A stretch of DNA of 64,000 nucleotides. Source: a virus. Made by a program: the position numbers and the translations under genes. Position 1 is the first letter of the stretch, and every line of letters starts with the position of its first letter. The DNA lies in the IMG/VR virus record IMGVR_UViG_3300040856_003015, positions 10,893-74,892 of that record; one strand, given 5' to 3'. Positions 7,289 through 16,301 of this stretch are shown piece after piece. The notes under the pieces are model-generated. The model was not told where the DNA came from. It was given only the letters and a program-made list of their open reading frames with translations, and made no database searches.

Positions 7289-7671
7289 TTGTTACCACCA
7301 ATTTCAAATCGTTTTTTAATAAAGTTTATTTGTTCTTCAGATAAAATTTTTAATGCCTGAATAGCCTTTTCATTACTATAACCATAATATTTTTTGATAT
7401 ATTCAAGATCATCAATCTTATCTTTTCGGATCCAAGGAGAAAATCTCTTTTTTTTCCTAAGTGTATTTATATAAAAACAATATTGCATATCTTTATCCAA
7501 ATGATGATTCATATTCATTTGATTTGAATATAAAATAGCATCAATATGAGAAGAAAGACATTTATTGATTATAAATGGATTATATTCTTTTTTTAAATCA
7601 TGGTTTTCATCCATTAAATTTACTTTTGTGGTATTAATAGAATTCAACCAATCTTTCAATTCAATAGTCAT
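7285..7671 (-). CDS. gp62: Clamp loader small subunit
   Basis: LKDWLNSIN, YNPFIINKCLS, YYGYSNEKA. ATG 7671 overlaps the upstream stop. Confidence 0.9.
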   Translation of the reverse strand: MTIELKDWLNSINTTKVNLMDENHDLKKEYNPFIINKCLSSHIDAILYSNQMNMNHHLDKDMQYCFYINTLRKKKRFSPWIRKDKIDDLEYIKKYYGYSNEKAIQALKILSEEQINFIKKRFEIGGNK

Positions 7672-8726
7672 CTGATTATCTCCATATCTACACCAGGTTT
7701 CCAAAGTTCTAACTCTGTTCTAAGTTTATTTTCACTTTTTAATTTTTCATATCTTTTTGATGCCTTTCTTTTCCACCATGATATTACTTCTTCTTTTTCA
7801 TAACCAAATTTAGATATATAGTATCTCTTTTTTTCAGTCAATGATTTTGCACGATCTATGCAATTCTTAAACTCAATTTTCTTTTGATCATCTTGAAGAG
7901 AATTCATAATAATAGAAATCATCTTTGTCTGAATCTTCAATTTTTTAGATGATTTATCTGCAGATATTAATCTTTCCCCATTATTTGCATTATTATTGAA
8001 CCACCAAAACATTTTTCTAAAGTAGTCATCATGAAATAATGGTAAAAAATTACTTTCAGTATCTCCTATATGACGAATATAAGGTTTTAACCCGTCATAC
8101 ATTGATACTCCTTTAGTTGTTCCATATAAAGAAGTCGTCTCAAAATATTGTAAGTTAGTTCCATACTTCATATCAAACTGACGTTTTAATTCATTAGATG
8201 AAGATAATAACGCAAGAAGTTTTCCTCCCAAATAATTATACCCAAAAGGTTGTACTGGTACTATATTAAATCCCATAACAAACTCATGATTTATTTTTGA
8301 TAGTGGGAGAACTTCATCAAAATATTCATTCCTTGGTTTAGAGTTAATAGTCGGAGATCCAAATCTAACAACACCAACTATTTTAGATGTTGTATCTTCT
8401 GTAACTATCCATTTTATGGTTCTTCCAGGAATTGCTTCTTCAATAGGATTTGATGCCGTATCGTTTAAAATTTCAGAATATAAATCTTGATTATATTTTG
8501 TTTTTGGTTTTGAGGAAGTATCAACGACATGAATAGAAAAACTCATATCGTTTGGATGAACATCAAAATTTGAAAATATCTCATCTTCTGGACCAAATAA
8601 TTTACCAGAAGATTGGTTAAGTCTACTATTTTTCACAAACCTTAGATAATCATCAATTCTACTAAATTTTGAATAATATTCAATAAATTGATCTGCTGCC
8701 CATACTGCTTGGTCTGGAGATAACAT
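7668..8726 (-). CDS. DUF4338 / Druantia DruA-like protein
   Basis: PGRTIKWIV, VPVQPFGYNYLGGKLLALL, FETTSLYG, SMYDGL resemble DruA-family motifs as recalled; needs an HMM check. Confidence 0.7.
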   Translation of the reverse strand: MLSPDQAVWAADQFIEYYSKFSRIDDYLRFVKNSRLNQSSGKLFGPEDEIFSNFDVHPNDMSFSIHVVDTSSKPKTKYNQDLYSEILNDTASNPIEEAIPGRTIKWIVTEDTTSKIVGVVRFGSPTINSKPRNEYFDEVLPLSKINHEFVMGFNIVPVQPFGYNYLGGKLLALLSSSNELKRQFDMKYGTNLQYFETTSLYGTTKGVSMYDGLKPYIRHIGDTESNFLPLFHDDYFRKMFWWFNNNANNGERLISADKSSKKLKIQTKMISIIMNSLQDDQKKIEFKNCIDRAKSLTEKKRYYISKFGYEKEEVISWWKRKASKRYEKLKSENKLRTELELWKPGVDMEIIR

Positions 8727-8735
8727 AATAAAAAA

Positions 8736-9290
8736 TTAAATTAAAAATTTTTTTTCATACTCAGTTAAAATCTGAGGTGTTTCGATTATATTTGAACCTA
8801 AAGGAACACTGTTCTTCCATTTACCCTTTTTTGTTGGTCTAAAAAATAACTTAATTCCCAAATGGTTATATTTTAAATGTGTCGGAACTTTTACTTTATA
8901 AGTATAACCATCATTAATTGTTAAGTCGGACAAAGCAATGTTTTCTTCTGCTGTAACGAGAACTGTACTACAAGAAGTCCAAAAGAGTTCCTCGAATTTC
9001 TTATAGTCTGTTAGATAAACATCAGAGTTGTCCAAGATCATTCTCCCTATAAATTGTGGAGACAAGCAGTGATCGTGAACGACTTTTATCCTATTCAATT
9101 TATTCTGCAATGCATTTTCACTAATAAGTCCTGTAAAATTGCACAATCCAGAATCAAATACATTAATGTAATATATTCTAGTAATTGGTCTATAAAACTC
9201 TGGTTTTCCCCAATTATGCAAGTTTGCTTTTAAACTATTAAAAGATGACTCACAATATGCTTTCCAATCCTTTCTAATTTTAATTTCCAT
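8736..9290 (-). CDS. Hypothetical protein, possible His-Me finger nuclease
   Basis: VHDHCLSP...VLVTAEENIAL pattern. Start set to ATG 9290. Confidence 0.55.
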   Translation of the reverse strand: MEIKIRKDWKAYCESSFNSLKANLHNWGKPEFYRPITRIYYINVFDSGLCNFTGLISENALQNKLNRIKVVHDHCLSPQFIGRMILDNSDVYLTDYKKFEELFWTSCSTVLVTAEENIALSDLTINDGYTYKVKVPTHLKYNHLGIKLFFRPTKKGKWKNSVPLGSNIIETPQILTEYEKKFLI

Positions 9291-9300
9291 AAGTAAATTA

Positions 9301-9867
9301 CTATAATTCAATATAAGTTGCAACTAAAACAATTCTCCTATTGTTTTCTGGAGGTCTTATGGAATGTATTCCCTCGAAAATTACAATATCATCTTCCTTT
9401 GGAGAATGTTTATGAATTACGTTTAATTTATCATCATACAAAATAGTGTCTCCTCCAGCATCTGTTAAATATACTATTAAATTTTTATGATCAAAATTAT
9501 GATCAACATGAGGGACTGTTGTATTTTTTGTTTTTAATGGGTGAACACAATTAGCATTAAATCTTAGCAAACAACCAACATGTATATTATTAATTTCAAA
9601 TATTTGCTCCAATAATGGATAATACAATTCTGTTAAATTTGAATTAACTTCTGGGAACAAATATTTGGATTCGCTAGATTTATCCATTCTAGGTCTACTT
9701 ATAAACCTATGACTATAAAAAGGAATATTTTCATACTTCTGAAAGTTATCTAGTCCACTATTAATTGTGGAGTCTTTATTATAGTACCAAGGAAAATCAG
9801 AACTATTAATATGTTGTTTTAGTTTAAAATATAAATTAGTATATGGATTTACAATTGTTTTAATCAT
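9301..9867 (-). CDS. 2OG-Fe(II) oxygenase
   Basis: FPWYY, HxD (PHVD), LIVYL, GGDT, distal His (GIH), RRIVL. Confidence 0.82.
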   Translation of the reverse strand: MIKTIVNPYTNLYFKLKQHINSSDFPWYYNKDSTINSGLDNFQKYENIPFYSHRFISRPRMDKSSESKYLFPEVNSNLTELYYPLLEQIFEINNIHVGCLLRFNANCVHPLKTKNTTVPHVDHNFDHKNLIVYLTDAGGDTILYDDKLNVIHKHSPKEDDIVIFEGIHSIRPPENNRRIVLVATYIEL

Positions 9868-10808
9868 TTGAATTCACACTCACACATAATTTCTGTTAAT
9901 GCTGCTAAAAGATTTATTTCCTGGTCTGCAACAAAAGCACCTTGATATTGATATTTTGCTATGATAAGAACTGCCGCAGGAATAGATCTTGGCAAAATGT
10001 ATTCATAACATGCATCGTAAATTTTCCTAAGTAAACTAGACGCATCATTATCTAAATTAGATACTACCCATTTACGAACTTCCGTAAAATTTTTCTCTTT
10101 AAGATTTTTTACTAAATCATTTAAAGGAACATCTGAAATGGAAGAAAGAATACCTACATCAATTTTTCCTCCAGTAGAATATCGTTGGATTTCATTTAGA
10201 ACACGTCTAAAGTCGGGAAAATGTTTAGATACGAGTTCTACAACTACTTTCTGATCATATTCAATTTTTTCTTGCTCAAGAATGAATTGTAATCTTTTGA
10301 AAAAATTTGCTGCAAGTTGTACACGCTGTTTTCCCTTAATTGTGAAATCAATTACTGCACAACGGGAGTGAAGTGGTTCAATAATTTTGTTCTTATAATT
10401 ACAGGTAAAAATAAATCGACAATTGTTATAAAATGACTCAATATTTGCCCGTAACAAGAGTTGTACGTCGTTTCCTGTATTATCTGCCTCGTCAATGATA
10501 ATGACCTTATGTTTAGATGATCCAATAAGTGAAACAGTAGAAGCAAAGTTTTTTGCTTGGTTCCGTACAGTATCTAAGAAACGCCCTTCATCAGATCCAT
10601 TAATAATATAATAATCTGCACCCAATTCATTACACAACGCTTTAGCGATAGTAGTTTTACCAATACCAGGAGGACCAGCAAGAAGAAGATTTGGAATCTC
10701 CCCCTTTTCTACAAACTCCTTAAATGTTTTTTTAGTTTCATCAGGAAGAATACAGTCCTCAATTACTTGAGGACGATATTTTTCCACAAAAAGAAATTCA
10801 CTAGGCAT
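9864..10808 (-). CDS. gp44: Clamp loader large subunit (AAA+)
   Basis: EKYRP, GPPGIGKT, IIDEAD, SRC. Confidence 0.96.
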   Translation of the reverse strand: MPSEFLFVEKYRPQVIEDCILPDETKKTFKEFVEKGEIPNLLLAGPPGIGKTTIAKALCNELGADYYIINGSDEGRFLDTVRNQAKNFASTVSLIGSSKHKVIIIDEADNTGNDVQLLLRANIESFYNNCRFIFTCNYKNKIIEPLHSRCAVIDFTIKGKQRVQLAANFFKRLQFILEQEKIEYDQKVVVELVSKHFPDFRRVLNEIQRYSTGGKIDVGILSSISDVPLNDLVKNLKEKNFTEVRKWVVSNLDNDASSLLRKIYDACYEYILPRSIPAAVLIIAKYQYQGAFVADQEINLLAALTEIMCECEFK

Positions 10809-10843
10809 GTCAATAATAAAAAAGTTAATTTGATAGGATCGTA

Positions 10844-11509
10844 TTATTCGTAAGTAGAATCTGGTTCTAAGGCAATATAATAAGTCATGTCATAAGTAGT
10901 ATTAACAAATCTAGAAAGAAGTTTGGATGAAATGACTACTTCATAAGTTCCAGGAAGAATTTTAATATTTTCTACTTTAAAATTGAAAGTAAACTCAGAA
11001 TTAGTTTCCCCTACGATTTCACAAAATTCATCTGAAGTGTCATTTTTTTTATCTCTAACGACAAGTTTTACAACACCAGACTCTCCAACAACACAAAGAT
11101 CTGGAAGTTGGTAAATTGAAGATGCTTTAAGTAATTTTGTTAATTGATTTGTATCAAGTTCAAAGCAAGCATCTTCACTTGGTAGAACAAGATTTTTATC
11201 CGGCGGAGTAATGATTACATTTTCGTCAGCGAAAAAATACTTAGACCGAGATTTCCCTTCTTTAATTAATACAAAACTATCGTTACTAAAATCTAGTTCC
11301 GGATTTTTGTGCAAATAAAGTCCGTTTAAAAATCTATTGAGATCATAAATTGCAAAGTCTTTAGGGAACTCTTCTTCAATATTCGCTTCAACTAGAATAT
11401 TTCTCATTACAGAAATAGTCCTAAGATGACTCCCTTTCTTAATTAAGATAGACTGATTAATATCAGAGAAGTTTTTTAGAATTTTAAGAGTTTTATCTGA
11501 AAGATACAT
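10844..11509 (-). CDS. gp45: Sliding clamp
   Basis: LSDKTLKILKNFSDINQSI, FAIYDLNRFL, YYIALE. Start set to ATG 11509. Confidence 0.93.
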   Translation of the reverse strand: MYLSDKTLKILKNFSDINQSILIKKGSHLRTISVMRNILVEANIEEEFPKDFAIYDLNRFLNGLYLHKNPELDFSNDSFVLIKEGKSRSKYFFADENVIITPPDKNLVLPSEDACFELDTNQLTKLLKASSIYQLPDLCVVGESGVVKLVVRDKKNDTSDEFCEIVGETNSEFTFNFKVENIKILPGTYEVVISSKLLSRFVNTTYDMTYYIALEPDSTYE

Positions 11510-11510
11510 A

Positions 11511-11906
11511 TCAATTATTTTCAATAAGATTGAGGTGATTAATTAGAAGAATAGTATAATGAAGCACTTTAAAGAGATCTGCTCGGGGGGTTCCTTTGGT
11601 GTCATATCGATCAATGTATTTTGTTACATTGCCTGCACAGAATCCTTCACGACGATTATGTTTGATTTTGTCGAGTGTTTGTTCTGTTCCACCACCAGTT
11701 CTATCTACATAATGTTGACTATAGGTACTAGAGATATATTCTTCAAGTTGTTTGAGAATTTTATCTTCATTATACTTCCAAAAATGATTAGTTTGTTGAT
11801 TCATATTTATTAATGTCTCAAGATCAATTAGTTCTTCTTTGTTTGAGGACATATTGTATGTTTGCATTATTCCAGAGAGTATATCTGGATCTTGGTCTTC
11901 ACCCAT
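11511..11906 (-). CDS. Conserved phage protein (DUF3310-like)
   Basis: STYSQHY, GFCAGNVTKYIDRYDTKG, DLFKVLHY. Start set to ATG 11906. Confidence 0.7.
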   Translation of the reverse strand: MGEDQDPDILSGIMQTYNMSSNKEELIDLETLINMNQQTNHFWKYNEDKILKQLEEYISSTYSQHYVDRTGGGTEQTLDKIKHNRREGFCAGNVTKYIDRYDTKGTPRADLFKVLHYTILLINHLNLIENN

Positions 11907-11937
11907 AATAAAAAAGACGAGATATTTATCTTTCCAT

Positions 11938-11966
11938 ATTCTATCAGGATTGAGTCTGCTGGTCAA
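11938..11966 (-). promoter_or_regulatory. Sigma70-type promoter in the 3' end of the HNH gene
   Basis: TTGACC-17 nt-TAGAAT with extended TG. Confidence 0.65.
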
Positions 11967-12453
11967 GTTGTTGTTGAATGAGTTTTTGTCGTTCTTCAAA
12001 AGAAAGATTTATCCAATAAAGGTGTTTTGCTGCCATTTCAGCATCACTATGTTTTTTGTGACAGATCTTACAAAGAAGACGGCACTTTTCAACTTCTTTC
12101 CACCAATTTTCTAACGAACAAGGAAACGCACTTATAGTAAACTGTTTTTGTGCTGGGTCTATATGGTCAAATTCAAGATTTTCTGTTGTTTCGCACCATA
12201 CACACTTTCCACCAAGTTTTTGTTTTGCTTCTTCTTTCAGAAGATTTCTTCTCGTATTGAAATAAGGAACTCTTTTTTCATTTATTTTTTCTTTATTTTC
12301 TTGATAATAACGCATATTGCGTTCATCAACTTTTTCTTTGTTTTTGTAATAATACTCTCTATCAGAAAGTCTTTTTGCTTCTTTTTGTTCTTCCGTCATT
12401 TTTTGACGGTATTTTTTGTTATATTCAATTTTTTGTTCTTTTGAATAAGGCAT
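11944..12453 (-). CDS. Free-standing HNH endonuclease
   Basis: CVWC...LEFDHIDP...EVEKCRLLCKICHKKH, with a helical YY-x-(K/E)NKEK repeat N-terminus. Confidence 0.87.
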   Translation of the reverse strand: MPYSKEQKIEYNKKYRQKMTEEQKEAKRLSDREYYYKNKEKVDERNMRYYQENKEKINEKRVPYFNTRRNLLKEEAKQKLGGKCVWCETTENLEFDHIDPAQKQFTISAFPCSLENWWKEVEKCRLLCKICHKKHSDAEMAAKHLYWINLSFEERQKLIQQQLDQQTQS

Positions 12454-12459
12454 AATGAA

Positions 12460-12501
12460 CTGAAAAGTGTTATTACTATTTATACGAATAACACTTTTCA
12501 G
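12460..12501 (-). promoter_or_regulatory. Perfect 15-bp hairpin with late promoter TATAAATA (12477-12484) in the loop
   Basis: ctgaaaagtgttatt / aataacacttttcag; the stem ends 6 nt before the HNH ATG. Confidence 0.8.
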
Positions 12502-12513
12502 AAAAAAGCACTA

Positions 12514-13641
12514 TCAGAAAGAAACTTCGTGACCACCCTCAATAGTCAATTCAAGTTCAGGTTTTTCTTCTTTGGGAAGTTCAAAGTTTGCATCAATTTT
12601 ATCATAAAGTTCAAGAAATGCTTGTTTAGTTTCATCATCAAAACGGTTTACACACACTTGAATTGCTTTTGCTTTATCGTTAAAGATAGAATAAGCACGA
12701 ATGATGTGAACCAATCGACGGGTGCTGATGATTTCTTCAATACCACCATCATAGAAAGTTTTCCTAATAATATCAGACCAATTCACCAATTGCTTGCAGA
12801 AGTCACGATCTTCCACGCCAAGGTCCAGAGCAACACCTTCAATAATTTTTTTCTCAATGGAGGGAGAAGGATAAGACTGCTCAAAGGTTACAGGGAAGCG
12901 TTCAAGAAATGCTTCATTGAGAACATTAGTGCCGATGAAGCGACCATCATCAGAACCCTTGCCTTTGGTGTTTGCTGTAGCGATAACATTAAATCCCTCA
13001 GCAGGTTGAACCCACTTACCAATCTTCTTCAGAAATACTCCTTTACCCTCAAGGATAGACTGAAGACAGAGAATCTTATTGGAGGCAAGGTCAATTTCAT
13101 CCAAGAGGAGAATAGCACCACGCTCCAGTGCTTCAATCACAGGACCATTGTGCCAGGCAGTATTTCCATCGACAAGACGGAAACCACCAATCAGGTCATC
13201 CTCATCAGTTTCAATTGTGATGTTAACACGGATCAGTTCACGCTTGAGTTGAGCACACGCTTGCTCCACAGAGAACGTTTTACCGTTACCCGAAAGACCC
13301 GTAATGAACGTCGGATAAAAAAGACGGGACTGAATAATTTTTTTAATATCCGAAAAGTTACCAAAGCGGACGAAGGTATCATCTTTTTCAGGAATGAGAT
13401 TTTGTTCTACAGAAGGAATGGCAGCAGGTGCTTGGAAAGTACGTTCAATTTCTTCCACCTTTTCTTGTGTCACTTCAAGATTCCAACGACCACGGGCAGT
13501 TTTGTACTGGGCAAGTTTATTGGTTACGGTCTGATAGTTACTATCATTCAAGTTACACCAGGCACGAATGTCAGCACCAGTCACAATATTTCCGTAAAGA
13601 GACTGAAGAGAAGTGCGGATGTAATCAGAAGAGAAAGTCAT
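12514..13641 (-). CDS. cobS: MoxR/CobS-like AAA+ ATPase
   Basis: GLSGNGKT, LLLDEID, TANTKGKG, NEAFLERF, ISTRRL. Confidence 0.88.
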   Translation of the reverse strand: MTFSSDYIRTSLQSLYGNIVTGADIRAWCNLNDSNYQTVTNKLAQYKTARGRWNLEVTQEKVEEIERTFQAPAAIPSVEQNLIPEKDDTFVRFGNFSDIKKIIQSRLFYPTFITGLSGNGKTFSVEQACAQLKRELIRVNITIETDEDDLIGGFRLVDGNTAWHNGPVIEALERGAILLLDEIDLASNKILCLQSILEGKGVFLKKIGKWVQPAEGFNVIATANTKGKGSDDGRFIGTNVLNEAFLERFPVTFEQSYPSPSIEKKIIEGVALDLGVEDRDFCKQLVNWSDIIRKTFYDGGIEEIISTRRLVHIIRAYSIFNDKAKAIQVCVNRFDDETKQAFLELYDKIDANFELPKEEKPELELTIEGGHEVSF

Positions 13642-13667
13642 AATGAGGTGTTTGTTTCAACGAAGTA

Positions 13668-13723
13668 ATTATAGATCAGAATCCCAAGGATTCTGTGGTT
13701 GGTTGGACAGTTCATCAACTGTC
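13668..13723 (-). promoter_or_regulatory. Compound early promoter: GACAGTT-N4-AACTGTC palindrome, hairpin, then TATAAT
   Basis: Inverted repeat 13706-13723, stem CAGAATCC/GGATTCTG 13677-13695, -10 at 13668-13673. Confidence 0.65.
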
Positions 13724-13857
13724 ACATTGTTATGTTTCTTCCGACAGAAAGCACGGGCATATGCTCGTGCCATACTAGTAATTTCGGAACATGGTTCACC
13801 CATTTTACCACAATAAGGACAAGTAGATAAAGAATCTGGGTATGTAAACTTAGACAC
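13669..13857 (-). CDS. Small Cys-containing hypothetical protein
   Basis: CPYC...C...C; GTG start abuts the upstream stop. Confidence 0.5.
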   Translation of the reverse strand: MSKFTYPDSLSTCPYCGKMGEPCSEITSMARAYARAFCRKKHNNVTVDELSNQPQNPWDSDL

Positions 13858-16040
13858 TATGCGATCAACTCTACAAATTCAGACAATACTTTTTTATTTA
13901 ATTTTTTAGTCTTGAGAGACTTAACAAAAGCAGACTTAATCTGAGTCTTTGTAGCATTCTCATCCACATCAAATGCACTTTCCTGAGACAGTGCTGAAGA
14001 AGAAATACCAAAGTAAGCATCATATCCAGAAGTAGTGATAACAAAACTTCTTAGTTTTTTCCAATCATCATTAATTTTAGATCGCTCCTTAGATCTAAAA
14101 TTAGAAAAGTTTGACACAAAATTAGAAAAATTACGACTTTCAAGAACACGAATTCCAATGAAGTTCATGTGAGGAAAATTATCCTTCAAGTTTTTAACAA
14201 TAATATTAGTGAAATCTGTATAATTGCATCCGAATTTATAAGTTGTTCCCAGTTTACGATCTCTCAAAAATGTAGTAATTGGATGAACATATCCAGTTCC
14301 AAGATAAGTTTCATCTTTACTAATTATTTCCCTATGACGAAGGAGTTGCCCTGCCTCACCATCAGTGAGGACAATACACTGAACTTTTTGTAGTTTATTC
14401 TCTTTCTGAAATTTAGGAAGAATTTCATGAAGACAAACCAGTGCTTCATTCAAAGGAGTACCAGAAAGTGATAGGCGGGATGGGTAAGTATATTGAACAG
14501 AATAATACCTACCAAAAGAATAGGCAAGACGCCAGACATTCATCATCTGGTGTTCAAGTACAGAAGCAGAGACCTTACTAGTAAGAATGTTCATCAATGA
14601 AAACGATTCATGGATGTGTAGTAATCCATCCCTTTTTTCATAATGTGGTTTGATGTTGAATGGAATATATTCACCTTTATCATAGTCATAGGAAATTTTA
14701 GCCCATTCATTGGTAAAAGCATATACTTCAAATGGGATAGAAACTTTTCTACAGAACCAGATTAGATTAAAGAGTTGCTTACAAGTATCTGTCATTACAT
14801 CACACATAGAACCACTCCAATCCAGTACAAATACCAGACCATGATTCTTACCATCAGGAATTACAGATACTTTCTTAAAAAGATCATCATTATACTTATA
14901 GGTATAAAGACGAGCAGTATCAAGAATACCAGTTCGAGCAGTTGATGCACGAGCATACTGATCTGCTGCTTTACGACATTCAAACTCTTTCACAAGGTAA
15001 TTAACTTCCTTTTGAGTTGATGCCTTAAACTTTTTAAATTCAGAATCTGGTTTATCGAAGACATTATCAGAACTTCTGCAAGGATTATTTTTATATAACT
15101 CTTGCTGCCGATTAAAAAAGGAATCAATCTCACCGTGAACATCACTATTTTTAGCAATGATCGTTTCAAGATTAACCTTGGGAATTTCTACATATACGTT
15201 TTCTTGATCAAGGTTATTTACAAGTTCACGAATCTTGTCTTCAAGGGCATCAGCAGTACGAACTTCTGGTTCTTCATCATTATTGTCATCACCAGCAGTT
15301 TTATTGTCTTCATAGATATCACTACCTTGCGATGTTCCACCATAAGATTCGGAGTTTTCTTCATTTTGAGAATCTCCATCATCACTATCACTATCACTTT
15401 GCTCAAATGGAGTTGATTCCGGGGTCTGACTACCAGAACCCGAAATAATAGTACCTTGATCTTGAGAATCATCAATCTTCTCAAGATTCTCTGGTTTATT
15501 TTTACAATACTTGTACAGTTCTTCTGCGGCAATCAAAACGTCCGCAAAGGTTTCACAGGCATCAATGAGACGAATAATTTCCTTCTCTTCCTGAGTAAAA
15601 TTAATGATGATGTAGTTACCAATCTTGAAATAAAGATTGGTACGATCAGCAAGGTTAAACTTATTCACATCGTCCTCACCAATTTGGAAAAAGTCCTCAT
15701 CACTGAGTTCTCTATATCCATTATAAAAAGTCTTAGCAAGTCCAGCATACTTACGCTTCATCAACTTTTCGATGCGAGCATCCTCAACAATGTTTACGAA
15801 CTGTTGGGGAACTTTCACAGTTTCTGTCCAGTCTTCATCTGGAGTAAACAGCGCATGACCTACTTCATGACCCACTAGAAGGTCATATACAGTATTGCTT
15901 GCCTTTTCCCACATAGGAAGGGTTAGGACGCGAGTATGGACGTTAAAACAAGCAGTGGGGACTTTCTTGTGCTCTACCACAATATCCTCTGTGGCAAGCA
16001 GTTTAGCAAGTTGTGATTTAATTTCGTGTGAAACTGACAT
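13857..16040 (-). CDS. CobT-like protein: N-terminal HExxH metallopeptidase-like domain and C-terminal VWA domain
   Basis: HEVGH and NIVEDARIE; MIDAS DWSGS, SGTPL, LTDGE; adjacent to the MoxR ATPase. Start set to ATG 16040. Confidence 0.85.
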   Translation of the reverse strand: MSVSHEIKSQLAKLLATEDIVVEHKKVPTACFNVHTRVLTLPMWEKASNTVYDLLVGHEVGHALFTPDEDWTETVKVPQQFVNIVEDARIEKLMKRKYAGLAKTFYNGYRELSDEDFFQIGEDDVNKFNLADRTNLYFKIGNYIIINFTQEEKEIIRLIDACETFADVLIAAEELYKYCKNKPENLEKIDDSQDQGTIISGSGSQTPESTPFEQSDSDSDDGDSQNEENSESYGGTSQGSDIYEDNKTAGDDNNDEEPEVRTADALEDKIRELVNNLDQENVYVEIPKVNLETIIAKNSDVHGEIDSFFNRQQELYKNNPCRSSDNVFDKPDSEFKKFKASTQKEVNYLVKEFECRKAADQYARASTARTGILDTARLYTYKYNDDLFKKVSVIPDGKNHGLVFVLDWSGSMCDVMTDTCKQLFNLIWFCRKVSIPFEVYAFTNEWAKISYDYDKGEYIPFNIKPHYEKRDGLLHIHESFSLMNILTSKVSASVLEHQMMNVWRLAYSFGRYYSVQYTYPSRLSLSGTPLNEALVCLHEILPKFQKENKLQKVQCIVLTDGEAGQLLRHREIISKDETYLGTGYVHPITTFLRDRKLGTTYKFGCNYTDFTNIIVKNLKDNFPHMNFIGIRVLESRNFSNFVSNFSNFRSKERSKINDDWKKLRSFVITTSGYDAYFGISSSALSQESAFDVDENATKTQIKSAFVKSLKTKKLNKKVLSEFVELIA

Positions 16041-16209
16041 AGGATTTGTTTCGAATGAACCCATCATAAAACGAAAGGTCGCCCTTCGGACGACCCATGT
16101 GCCTCTTTTTGAACTGTCTGAGGCGTGCTTTCGCTTGCCTCAGTGCTTGTGGTTTCAACTTCCGCTTCTGTTGTTTCTTGCTGTGATGGTATCTATTTGG
16201 TACTAACAT
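16018..16209 (-). CDS. Small basic hypothetical protein
   Basis: PNRYHHSKKQQKRKLKPQALRQAKAR; AAGG upstream of the ATG. Confidence 0.55.
   Translation of the reverse strand: MLVPNRYHHSKKQQKRKLKPQALRQAKARLRQFKKRHMGRPKGDLSFYDGFIRNKSYVSFTRN
16063..16118 (-). promoter_or_regulatory. Second copy of the compound early promoter
   Basis: GACAGTT-CAAA-AAGAGGC, hairpin 16077-16095, TATGAT; same 50-nt spacing as the 13668 copy. Confidence 0.55.
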
Positions 16210-16301
16210 AACCTTTTTCCTTTAGAAGTAATAATGCTTCCTCGTATTTTTCAGGAAGAACTGGAAGGTAAAGGTGTTTTCCAACCTTATCTCTATTATT
16301 A

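Noticed and set aside
12460-12501. Hairpin as the cobS terminator
   Set aside because: No good U-tract follows it on the coding strand; the late promoter in the loop fits translational control better.
12529-13668. 379-aa plus-strand ORF antisense to cobS
   Set aside because: Mirrors the ATPase almost exactly, has no recognisable motif, and is explained by codon-bias shadowing.
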